From positions 3,162,001 through 3,226,000 of the forward strand of contig CM074806.1 in NCBI GenBank assembly GCA_037447605.1: a stretch of DNA of 64,000 nucleotides, in the 5' to 3' direction. Numbering within the stretch: the first letter of the stretch is position 1; each line of letters opens with the position of its first letter. Origin of the DNA: Zygnema circumcarinatum SAG 698-1b (taxonomy: Eukaryota > Plantae > Zygnematophyceae). This document shows, piece by piece, positions 49,744-61,110 of this stretch. The notes beneath the pieces are model-generated. The model ran no database searches. It saw nothing but the letters and a program-made list of their open reading frames with translations, and was not told where the DNA came from. The position numbers were made by a program, and so were the translations under genes.

Positions 49744-49940
49744 GGGAGGAGGGAGACGCTGGGAGGGAGGAGGGAGACGCTGGGAGGGAGGAGGGAGACG
49801 CTGGGAGGGAGGAGGGAGACGCTGGGAGGGAGGAGGGAGACGCTGGGAGGGAGGAGGGAGACGCTGGGAGGGAGGTGGGAGACGCTGGGAGGGAGGTGGG
49901 AGACGCTGGGAGGGAGGTGGGAGACGCTGGGAGGGAGGTG
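49744..49940. repeat. Nine tandem 21-bp repeats (GGAGACGCTGGGAGGGAGG[A/T]G)
   Basis: gagacgct recurs every 21 bp from 49753 to 49921. The + frame reads (EEGDAGR)n then (EVGDAGR)n inside ORF 49575-50027. Confidence 0.95.
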
Positions 49941-50504
49941 GAAGGCGTGGTGGTGGCGATGGAGGAGGTGGAGGGGGTGGTGGACTCGATACTGCAATGG
50001 CCGACAGCCATTCAACGTGAGTCTTAAGAAAATGCACTCTTTCCTGCCTTTACACAACAAGACGCAAGCATGCCCGACAGTTCACTTGGAGCAATAGCTG
50101 GTAGCACTGATGGGCAAAATGGATTTCGCTTTAAGCGTAAGATTAGGTAGGATGGCAGCTAGAAGCGTCAACCTAAAGGTGGCTATATTTTGAGGCTCAC
50201 AATTTTTCGTCAAGAAGCGACTAACAAGTTCCATACAAAAGAAGTTTTATTTGGAAGGGTTTATATGCAGGTTAAGTCATGGCACGGAAACAGCAATGGA
50301 AACTGGGTGCAACCTCACTGAGTTTGATTTTGTCAGGAAAAACTCTAAACAAGGCTCAAAGAGTGCTGTGCTTTAGATCAAAGCATCACCTCCCACTCCA
50401 AGTAACACTTCAAGTGAGTGATCGCCGACTGTCAGCGTGCTCAACACACAACTTACAGTCTACACATGCATTAGTGCAAAACACATGAACTTTTGCAGAG
50501 TCGT

Positions 50505-53500
50505 TTAAGACTCATATGGCTTGACTGGTTGCGTCCCAAAAGAAGGCTCACCCGGGAGACAAGTCCAGTTCTGAGCTGTGTTCGAATATCCGACGTCGCA
50601 CGCACATCCGACCCCCATCATCATCATCTCACACGTGCCATGGCCGCCACATGCGCCACCCGGCTGAGTGGCGTTGCAGAAACCTGCACACTCCTGAATG
50701 CCTCTTTGGTTTTCAAAGCTGCAGCCGCCTTCGTCATTGCTTTCGGACAAGCAATTTCGATCAGCTGCTGGGCAAACAGTTTCCCAGGAATTGACTATTT
50801 CCACTGGGCCTGAGAGGTAATTTGACGATATGTCGATTGAAACATAGCATCCCCCATACGCGCTTGATATGTAAAACGACACAGACCCTGTGAGGTAATT
50901 GTCATTGAACGACCTGCACTCACAGTGACTTCGATTAAAGAGAGTTAGTACTGCAATACATCTCAACAAGAAAACATGCAAATATCAGGTGAGTTTAGCC
51001 ACCGAGTTTAGCTACGTGCGTCAGCAAACTTCCGTAAAAAAATCTCATATCTTTATTTGATACATTTCATAGCGAGGGAAATTACACGCATGTCGTATCA
51101 GGAGTGACATCCTCCCACTTACCAAGTTAATTGACCACTATACGAATACGGACTAAAACAGTAAGCATTACAGTACGGAAGTTCTCCAGTTAGCTTGTTT
51201 GAGCCAAGCTGCCTGCACACACCTCCAGCCATGCAATAAGTGATGCCCACGTTAGCAAAAGGGAGTGCATTACTTCGTACGTTAAGGTTTATCGTCTGCA
51301 TGTGCGAAAAAATATCATTTGGGCTTACGTTTCAAAAAATTGCTTAGGAAAGGCATAAGTTCCATTGGGAAAAACGAGGATAGCTTACACGAACTGAAGC
51401 TGGCATATAAAGTCTGGGATTGTTCCTGAAAGCTGATTTGCACTAAGAACTCTGCGAAGAAATGATAATCGAACAAAAATTTCAGTAGTAGGGACAGACC
51501 ATGGACCTAGATCTGTAATAACTCAAACATATTCACTTCAGCTTGCCAACTCTGGGAAGATTCGAAGGATGAATCCCAAGAAGTGTAGGCTAAGTATGAA
51601 AACGAACAAGTTTTGAAGCACAGTGTCACCGAGGCAGGACGGGATACTGCCGTTCAGTTGGTTGCCACTGAGATCCCTGCAATCATGCAGACATGCAGAT
51701 ATTAATGACGGGAGCAGAGAGGTTAGATTAAAACAAACGAGATTGAATGGAAATCCCAATTGTAGAGAATATAACGAATCAAATAAAATGGCAAAAGGTA
51801 AAGTTTAAAGTGCTAATGCATCCGCACGTTAACAGTTCTTTCTTTCCAACATGAAGTGGAAAGTATTCTCACAAAGTTTGCAGGGATCCCACACTGCAAA
51901 GCGATAACGGAATGGCTCCCGTAAAATAATTTGTCGACAAGTCGCTGCAATGCTCCTCCCTCTCTTAAACACGTGCCACAAAAAATCTAAAATTACCAGC
52001 GCATCCCATATTTTCTCCTAATGTTCCAGATTTTTTTTATTCATAATTTTCACACCGCACCGCATACCCCTCTCTCTCCCTCTCCCTCCTCCCTCTCTCT
52101 CTCCCTCCCTCTCTCTCTCCCTCCCTCTCTCTCTCCCTCCCTCCCTCTCTCTCTCCCTCCCTCTCACTCTCCCTCCCTCCCTCCCTCTCTCTCCCTCCCT
52201 CCCTCCCTCCCTCGGCAGAGTCGCGCGTGACAAGTTGCAGTGAAACGATTCCAGCGGCCGTACAACCGCGAACGGTCAAACGACCGGGTTCAGCCGTTGA
52301 ATCGCCTCGGTAGTGACCGTCCGTACGGAGCCGTCCCCTGTCGGCAGGGTCTTGTTTGCGAGGAACGGATGAAGGCCTCACATGACTTGAGCCTTGCCGA
52401 GGTTGCAGATGCAGGAGGGGATGCCGCCTTCCAAGTGGTTTCCAGACATATGTCTGCAGTTTGTTATGGATTTAAAGTAAATTCAAGTAGAAAATGACTC
52501 GCTGTAATCACAACTAGCGATATGAAAAAAGGGGGGACAGGCATACTGCGCAGGAACGATGCTGCAATAACTTCAGTCTGAACAAACAGCGATTGTAATT
52601 TGAAGTCATGCCAAATTGTACCAGACAGACGTAGTCTCTAGCAAAGGCAAGTCGCTTTGCTCAATGATAAGAAGGAAAGAATGGTTCCAACAGCGATGCT
52701 GCTCACATGGACGAGAGGGAAGTCATGTTGCAAAACGAGGGAGGAATTACTCCTGATAAGCCGTTTCCAGTAACGTCACTGCGAGGAGAAGGTTTGAAAA
52801 AGGAAACATGTCACTTGAGATCGTTTCTAACGTTCATGCCAAGTTTGAAGAATAGACTTGCGAAAATTGCAAAAGATAATCAAGCACGAGCACTTACAAG
52901 TAATCCAATTTGGTGAGTTTGCCGATGCACGATGGAATGCTGCCATTCAAGTGATCGAGTTGAAGATTTCTGCCAGACAAAAGAAATAAAGTGGTTTTCG
53001 TTAGGATGTCTCCACCGATTGAAAAAAGCACTGCAGGTCAAATGCTGCAGGGGCAGCAAACTGTTGGCTGGAAGGAATACTCAATGGGCCCAATTGGCAG
53101 AGCAGCAAACTATGACTTGAACGACTAAAGTGAGAGCTCACAGCAAGTTGAGGTACGGCAGGTTGCAAATAGAAGGCGGGATGCTTCCAACGAGGTCTTG
53201 ATAACTCATATCTCTGCAGAAGAGAGATTTGCTTATTCTCTGTCCATATATATTCACAAGTTGCGGGCCATAGAAACAGCAACCAGCCTCTCGCGAGATT
53301 GCAGGCTCTCCAAACATGACAAGTATAGGACAAAACTTGGACACAAAACTGACATTTCAGTAACACGCCCGTTGGAGTTGCACTTTATTCTGCTGAAGGC
53401 GGAGCAGGAGGTGCTCTTGCTCGACCATCCTGCAAAGGAATCGTACGGACCTCGCCACGCCGCCTTGAGGCTCAGAAGCACACTCCCTGCATTCACAAAC

Positions 53501-54030
53501 GATGGAACCAACAAGCGCTTAAATTCGACTAGAGCATAAAAACATCAAATGTCTGGAGAACCGCGCCAGTAACCAATTCGTAACATGCAAAAATGAAAGC
53601 TGATTGGCCCTTATTTTGGCTAAGAAATTTCCGTACAACCAACTTCTCCCGAACATTGACACGCCTCCTTACGTATCTGCCCGACCGGTAATGCTTTAGC
53701 CCTCTGGGACTGCTATTCTAGGTGGAACCCAAGCGTGACATCACGGCCCTAAATGGGCTCACTTCCCTCCTCAAAGAGTATGCGGCTCCACAGAAATCAA
53801 TGCATTCACCGTTCTGCCGCGAAGTCTTCAGTGTTCTGCATTTAGGGTTTCAGTTTTGTTGTTTCACGAAAGAGATTTAGTTTCAGCTTGCAGGAATTCG
53901 GCGTGTGCGCACGGTCTGCACTGTTGATGACGGCCTCGCCGCTTGGGAGGAAGTAGCACAGGAGGGAGAGCATGAGGAGCTCTGCCTGAAAGCCGCCATA
54001 GCCGCTCCTGAGAGCCTTCCCCGACGCCAT
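50505..54030 (-). CDS. Secreted LRR protein with C-terminal Cys-rich/EGF-like module (~320 aa); 3' end uncertain
   Basis: Exons 53913-54030 (signal peptide), 53354-53486 (plant LRRNT, LSLKAAW...W...C...IKCNSNGRVTE), 53142-53213, 52382-52453, 51608-51676 and 51123-51212 (one plant-type LRR per exon, phase 2), and 50505 (or donor at 50552)-50913 (two LRRs, then ACGGHGTC...CACDVGY...WTC). Confidence 0.85.
52070..52212. repeat. CT/CCCT microsatellite in an LRR gene intron
   Basis: Read directly. Confidence 0.85.
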
Positions 54031-54099
54031 GGCTGTGTCCTGAAGAAAAGGCACATGTTCAGTCACGGACAGATTAGGTCAAGCCTGCCATTCCCCTTC

Positions 54100-54995
54100 T
54101 CCCTCTCTCTCCCACTCCCTTCCTTCTCTTTCCTTGCTTTACCCTACCCACTAGCGTCATTCTCTTCAATCCCTCAGCATGCTTCTCTCTCAATTCCAGT
54201 GCCTCCGGTTTCCTATTCCTTTTTCTCCTCGCCACCATCGCCTTCTATTTTTCCTGCTCTTTCCTTTACCTCTGCGTTCCTTCACTCTCCCTCCCCGATT
54301 TCACCCGACTCTCCCATTTTTCTCTCCCTATCCCTCCGTACTCCTACCACCTTTTCCCTTCCCTAGCCCTATCTCTCCGCATCCGCCTCTCCCACCACCT
54401 TATTTCAAGAGTATTCGTCTATTTTTTCCCAACTGTACTGTCACTGCCTATCCTCACAGTCCTCTTCCATCTCCCTCCCTCCAACTCCCTCCCTTCCTCA
54501 GCTTCCCCTTTCTTGCTTCTAATTTCTCCCATCTTTACTCTCCCTCGTCACTCCGGCTCCTCTCTTACACCTATTCTTCCACTCCCTCCCCCTCCCTCTT
54601 GCCTCCCATTCCTCCTCTCCTCGCTCTCCCACCCCTCTCTGGCTCCACTCCCACCCCTCTCCTTCCACTCCTTCCCCCCCCCACTTGCTTCCCATTTCCC
54701 ACTCTCCCTCCTCCCCCCCTCTCCCTCCTCCCCCCTCTCTCCTTCCTCCCCCCTCTTTCCCTCCTCCACCCTCTCTCCCTCCTCTCCCCTCTCTCCCTCC
54801 TCCACCCTCTCTCCCTCCCCCCCTCTCTCCCTCCTCCACCCTCTCTCCCTCCTCTCCCCTCTCTCCCCCCNNNNNNNNNNCCCTCTCTCCCTCCTCCCCC
54901 CTCTCTCCCTCCTCCCCCCTCTCTCCCTCCTCTCCCTTCTCTCCCTCCTCCCCCCTCTCTCCCCAGCCCACCTCTCCTCCTCCGCGCGCCTCCCT
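54100..54995. repeat. Long C/T-rich low-complexity tract with a 10-N gap at 54871-54880
   Basis: Pyrimidine-rich sequence turning into ~20-bp CCTCTCTCCCTCCTC(C/T)CCCC-type units; gap in the middle. Confidence 0.85.
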
Positions 54996-55465
54996 CCCTC
55001 CGGCCGGCGGGCTTCCCCATCTCTCGCGCCGTCGTCCCTCGGCTGGCGGCTTAGACCGTACATCGCAGCCGATGCCGCCCTGCCGCGGGCACGTGGCTCT
55101 GACCCATTGGCTGATGGAATCATGATCAGTGCGGGTCAAGGTGCAGCAGGCGACCATTCGTCAGAGGTTATTTGTCGCTTCTGGAGGTCAGGATCTGTGT
55201 TTTGTCCGATCACACCTGTCCGTTGGCAATCCGACAGATTTGTTTTTGTGGTTTTCCGCGTCGCACTCTTGGCGGGCGGTCCTGCACTGGGCCCGCCCTC
55301 CCCGCTCCGCCCCAATGGATTGGTCTCAGGGCCATTCTCCATCAGTCACACACGCAAACTTTCATTGAACTCGCGATGGCGAGGCCATCAAATTTACATG
55401 GATAAAGGCAAAATGTGGAACCACGAAGGACTGGTCACAAAGGACCGAAACACAATAAAACGAAG

Positions 55466-55720
55466 CTAGGAGCGGAAAACTACGCCTAGGCACAACAACG
55501 CAGCCCTAGAAGCAGCCGCGAAGGTCACCGATGTGAGGCACGTCNNNNNNNNNNTATCCTCAACCAAAGCATCATCAACAAAACGATCAACATAAGATGC
55601 AACGCCGAAAGGGCAGCCTAAAACACGAATACCAATTCCATCAGCACAAGTCTGGATACCACAAGGGAGCGAAAGGGTAGAAGGGATACCAACCGGAGAC
55701 CAAGCAAAACACTTCGACAA
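55466..55720 (-). pseudogene. Degenerate non-LTR retrotransposon reverse-transcriptase fragment (C-terminal RT region, CRE-like by motif)
   Basis: SKCFAWSP.G...GIRVLGCPFG..SYVDRFVDDALVED followed, after the N gap at 55545-55554, by frameshifted PHIGD/AASR..LC, which resembles the KC..WSP / G..VLG.P.G / GD.Q.A..LL..C region of such RTs. Confidence 0.6.
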
Positions 55721-55741
55721 ATTTACCGTCAGCCCGTTTCT

Positions 55742-56659
55742 CCATCAGCCCGTTTCGTAACGAGCTCATTACGGTCCACGTAGGACGCCGTTTTGCAGAT
55801 AAAAAGACGAGTTCTGTGCACCGGCTGCAGCGAGGCTCCCCCCCTCCCCCCCTCCCCCCCTCCCCACCGTCGATCGCCACGATCGGAATTGCTGCAGCTC
55901 CCCGCCCCCCGGCCGCCCACCCGCCCTGCAGCGTCCTCCCAGGTACGGCGCAGCGCCCGAGCGGGCGACGCCGGCCGAGCGCGCGGTCACCGCGGTGCCG
56001 ATTGCCACGTAGATGCCACGGTGGCGCCACGTCTGCCACGTCGATTCCACGTCTACATGTCCATCCACGTCGGCGCCACGTCATTTAAAACCACTGAAAT
56101 TGAACTTCGGGTGTGCTCGCCGCCGCTTGCCCACCGCCCATTGAAATTGAACATAGTGTCCTGGTACCGGTAGGTCTAGAGTTCGATCTTTGCTGGAGGC
56201 GTGTTTGCTACACAGCCCGAGCGAGCGAGGGAGGCCCTGCTTGCTTGCGGAGAGCGGTGTGTGGCGGCCGCGCCCCCCCCCCCCTTACACATTACCACCG
56301 CATGTCCATCAAAACGTCGTTTTCCAATCAGCGATCGCCACGTGCACGATTTGCAGCGTCCGCCGTGGCCCACTGCCGTTACCGTACGCGCGTCGCTGCC
56401 GACAGTTTTTTAGGGTTTGCAAGAGGCTTCCAGCCAACGTGGCAGTCGCACGCTGGCGTATCTTTGGTAGCCACGTGGCGGCACGCGAATGGTCGTAATG
56501 GCGTTACACCCCCTTCTTCGGACCGTCCTGGGGAACGGTGCCTCGTTACCACGTGGCAGCCACGTCGGCGCCACGTTGGTGGAAACGGCCTGATGGAACC
56601 CATGGGTCGTCGTCCATTACGACGCCACGTCGGAATAACGGGCTGATGGAAACTGACCC
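55742..56659. mobile_element. MITE-like element A (PIF/Harbinger-like); right TIR intact, left end rearranged
   Basis: Starts with CCATCAGCCCGTTTCGTAACGAGC and ends AACGGGCTGATGGAAACTGACCC followed by TCA. It shares both terminal modules with element B. Confidence 0.65.
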
Positions 56660-56662
56660 TCA

Positions 56663-56986
56663 GGGTGGGTTTCCATCAGCCCGTTTCGTAACGAGCTTGT
56701 TACGGTCCACGTAGGATGCCGTTTTCAGATGGAACGACGAGTTCCATCAGAACGCCGTTGGCCAGCGTGGCAGTCGCACGCTGGCGGATCTTCGGTAGCC
56801 ACGTGGCGGCACGCGAATGGTCGTAATGGCGTTACACCACCTCCGGAGCAGCATCCTGTGGAACGGTGCCTCGTTACCACGTGGCGCCACGTCGGCGCCA
56901 CGTCGGCGGAAACGGCCTCATGGAACCCATGGGTCGTCGTCCATTACGACGCCACGTCGGAATAACGGGCTGATGGAACCCCACCC
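56663..56986. mobile_element. 324-bp Tourist-like MITE B with ~23-bp TIRs and TCA target-site duplication
   Basis: TCA(56660-56662)-GGGTGGGTTTCCATCAGCCCGTT ... AACGGGCTGATGGAACCCCACCC-TCA(56987-56989). It is an internal-deletion relative of element A. Confidence 0.8.
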
Positions 56987-57938
56987 TCAGTCCTTCTCGC
57001 AGTCACGTCAAGTCAAATCAAGTCAAGTCAAGTCAATTATGTCTTCCGCGAGCCCTCGTCCAATGGCATGAACCCCTCGCGAGTTGTTGTTGTACCGCTG
57101 CGACTGCGTCACGCGGGGCTCCTTTTTGGCCTTTCGTTGGTGCGGGAAAGACTTCATGCCCGCTTTATGGGAGACATCGGTTTGCTGCCCGACTCGCTGC
57201 AACCCCTGACTACCGAGGCTCACAAAGTGCGTGCTGGACATTCAGGACATGTGATGCTGAACATTGCGGTGAGGTGTAGTGGCAGGCGGGACGTGATGTG
57301 ACGAGTGCCTGCCAGCAGCTGGTCCAAAAAGGCACAGGCACATGACAACGAATTTGGCGTTGATCGCACGGTGGAGATTCCATCAAACGTACAACATCAT
57401 GTATTTCCAAAGGAATATTTCATAATGTATATTTCAGTTGGTCTGAAATGACCTATAAACGAAAGAAAAGCTCCTACAGGCACATGTGACCATCAATTCG
57501 ATTAGGATAAGTATCAATTATGAATCAACATGTGGGCAGAAGACGCCTACACGCAATTGAGCATGGCACCTTCCGTTGAGACGTGCAATGTGTGCTGGTT
57601 GTCAACGGTGGCAGGTGACGAATGAAAAGGTGACACCTCATGTTCTCAGAGTACTTATACCAAATGGAAGACTTATGAAGCACAATTTGTGGATATATTT
57701 CGCAAACCCTGCCATCCAAGACACTGATAAGAGAGGTTTTTGTACAGTGACTGCTCAAACTTGTAACCCAACTTGTTCCGCTAGTTAGGGAACGAAGTGG
57801 GATGTAAAAATATGACTTAACATGCGGACTTGATGAAGCCTGCAAATGCTCCACCTAACGCCCCTTTCTCCTCATCTCAATAATCAGTAGGGGGGTTCTG
57901 CTCTTATGGGCTCCCAATGTTCCAGGAGTTGAACTTCT

Positions 57939-58849
57939 TCATTCAGCCCCTTCCTCCGCTTCACTCCTTTCGACCGCCAGCTTCACTGCCTGCATCCCCA
58001 TCTCCAGGCCTTCAAGCTCCTCAGCTGCGCCAATCTTCCCTTCCTTCGCCCTCTCTACGGCTCCGCCCACCTCCTCCTTCATCAAGTGCAATGTTCTTCG
58101 AGCTCCGTTGGCAGAGGAAAGGTCAATGGGAACAGCTTCTTCAGACACATCTTCTGTACTGTGATGATCGTTAGGCTTTGGAACAGTGCTCTTTGATCCT
58201 GTTGAAGCACGACACAAGAGGATTGCTTGACGTTTACAAATGCAGAAAATGTACGTAGACTGCACCATGCAATACAAAATGCGACGAATATTTAACGAAA
58301 AATAGATGAGTATCACCAGAAATGAAAGTCGAAAATGAATGATAACCACTTGCGAATTGTGCCAACACTCGGACTTTGTCAATCAGACGTGATGCATACC
58401 TCCAAAGCAATTCTGCTAACTTCGGAGACTTAACTAGAAAGTTCAAAACGTTCAGACGGAACGGTATGTAGATTTACTTGATCCTCAGCCTGCCTTGTCG
58501 CTAGTGGTTAAAAAAAGAAAATATAAGGCTGCTCTTGAACCTGAATGACCTCTTTCCTTAAATTCTTTGGTAAAATTTTGCCCTAACCCTGAGGGACAGC
58601 ATGAGATCATAGTCTTTTATCCAGAGCCGAAACTACGGTAAACAAACCTTCAGTCGGCGACTGGCCCAATCCGCCTTCTTCATGCCGCGCGAATTCGTTC
58701 GACACAGAATATGAAATGGTTTTCATCGCTGCCCCACTAATAGTGCTCCCTTCCGTGATGGGGGTACTTGTAAAAAGGGAATATTTCCAATTTTTCATCA
58801 AAGCATGCGAGCACCAGTGGGGAGTGATTGCAGTGCTCATCCGAGACAT
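57939..58849 (-). other. Possible small uncharacterised gene
   Basis: Protein-like blocks at 58650-58849 and 57939-58160 (TEDVSEEAVPIDL...EEVGGAVERAKEGKIGAAEELEGLEMGMQAVKLAVERSEAEEGAE*). A GC-rich promoter-like region lies at 59200-59400. Splicing not resolved. Confidence 0.3.
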
Positions 58850-60523
58850 GTTGAAACACACTGAAGGCCTCTCAGCAGTTCAAGCAGCGAGAATCTGTTT
58901 TTTTTAGGAGTAGCTATTAAGGACAAGAATTATATTGCATGTACTCTACTGAAGAGCTAAGGCCTTGCATAAAACCTCACCCCGCCCTTCTTTGCTGTTC
59001 CGCGTGAATTAATGCCCGTTCTTTATTCTTTTTCCCCTCCTATCTCCCTGTTCCTGCTGTCTCCTTCCCATCCGCCCTCCACTCTTTCTCCCTCTACATG
59101 TACATCTCTCCCCCTCCCTTCCGCTCTTCCCTTCTAATGTTCTACACACCTTAAACCTGTGAAATTACGAAGCCCCTCCCTCTCCTTTCCTCCCTTCCCT
59201 CCCTTCCCTCCCAAAAAAGTGCAGGAGGCGCCACTTGGCGCAGCGCGCCGTTGAGTGTTGGCCCACAGCCCACGCGGCGAGCGCGTGCCTCGCCAGGGTC
59301 GGTTCCAGGCCGCGGTCACACTGACAGCTCGGCGTTGGCCCTTTGCTGGGAGCTTTGCCATGGCGGCATGCGCCATGCATGCGGGGATGCTCTTGGTATG
59401 CACAAAAGCATTTATTTACGAGCTTTGCTCAAATTGGTGTAGAACGCTTGCCACACATTTCTCTTTTTGTTCAGACTGCAGTAAGAACTTGGAAGCATTT
59501 TCAGCATAGTTTGCATCAGACAGCGTTGGATTTTAATTGGTCGAGAAGTTACATTTCAAACTAAAGCGTGCAGCGAATGCTTCCTAACTGTTGGGTTTCA
59601 ACAGCGGTGTTCATCCCCCACGACGCCAAAACACATTGGCCTGCCACTTAAAGTCTGTAAAAAAGTCAGCATTGGGGTGACTGAAGGATGGTGTGACAAG
59701 TCATCCATCTGCACAACAAGCTCTTTATTGATTTTCACATAGAGAATAATAGCACATTTCAGTCACGTAGCCTGACCGCAATTTGGATAAGTGCCTTCCT
59801 CGAATGCATGAGCATGACCTGCATGGGTCATCTTATTGAAGGTTAGAAACGTCGTTTGCTCACAAATTTCCTATTGAGAACCGGCACAAGCCGTTTTGGT
59901 GCTTATTACAAAAATAGGTACCAGCACATTCTGAGTGTGCGGGAGCTCTCCAGATTATGCAAGACAATTAACTATACCACATACTTTACAACTCAAGGCT
60001 ATAGTCAAGTATAGCACTTGATCGTCAACTGATCTGGCAAGCATAGAATACCAGAAGCCGCATATGTACACTGAAGCCACTCAACAGGAGTGTAATCATC
60101 AAACTTGTAGTCGCATTCAGAACTCAATGAGGGTCAGTCTGGGATTCATTCTCCCTTAGCACGGGAGCGTATGAAATCGGAAGACCCCCAACAGACTGAT
60201 TGCTCTCCCGCAGCGATTCCAAAAATTTGTCGAAAACTTGCCATTCGCCTTCCTCCACGACAAAATCTCCGGCCTGCCATTGAAAAACGATTGCAGACAT
60301 GTGAGCCAGCGTCTACATTTAGCTCTTACAGAGTCACAGTATCAACGACTAGCAGAAGTTCAATAACTTCAATGCCATTTTCCCTCTACTAACAGAAAAC
60401 TAGTCGTTCTGGTTAATGGTTGTTCCAACAGGAACTAGTAGTCCACATTCCAATTCTTTCAAAGGCTCTATAAGGGTGCGGAGAAAAGTCAACCACGTGG
60501 CAGGCTGTCAACCCCTTCCCTCG

Positions 60524-60661
60524 ACGCTGAGTGAAGTGAACGCTGAGTGAACGCTGAGTGAACGCTGAGTGAACGCTGAGTGAACGCTGAGTGAACGCTG
60601 AGTGAACGCTGAGTGAACGCTGAGTGAACGCTGAGTGAACGCTGAGTGAACGCTGAGTGAA
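60524..60661. repeat. Minisatellite of ~11.5 perfect copies of GTGAACGCTGA
   Basis: Perfect 11-bp period from 60536 to 60661, preceded by a partial unit; no spacers. Confidence 0.95.
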
Positions 60662-61110
60662 GCTGCTTCCCTCGTTACCCATGTGTCTCCAACATCCATG
60701 AACGGAGCACACACATGGTTGGGAAGCACCAAGCGCATGAAACACACGAATGGAATAATGACTAAAACATGAGTTCTATGAGCATGTCTCAAGCCATTCC
60801 TGCAGTCAAAACGAGTGACTAACTTGACCAAGTCAAGTTGAGCAGCTTAACGACCCCCTCGCTCGGGCGCCTCCAATCAGCCGTCGGATGCGTTCACACG
60901 AACGAGCCATGCCTTAACGTATCGTTGCTGTTAGGTCCAGTGACTAATGACTATGACTAAGGACTAACGAAACAAACAAAATATACGAGAATTACTGATT
61001 TCGTGGAATGTCACGAGAAATACCTTAACGAGAAAGTATAGAGTGATAGTGAGTATAGAGTGTAGGTGATTATATGATGTTTGGTAATGAGTTTTCAGCC
61101 TTTTTGCTAG

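Noticed and set aside
54179-55469. Long Pro/Leu/Ser-rich or Gly/Glu/Arg-rich ORFs (also at 13814-14168, 25485-26155 and 52018-52381)
   Set aside because: They derive from C/T low-complexity tracts, one spanning an N gap, and have no domain content.
60524-60661. CRISPR-like array (contains GTGAAC)
   Set aside because: The units are contiguous 11-mers with no spacers, there are no cas genes, and the context is eukaryotic.
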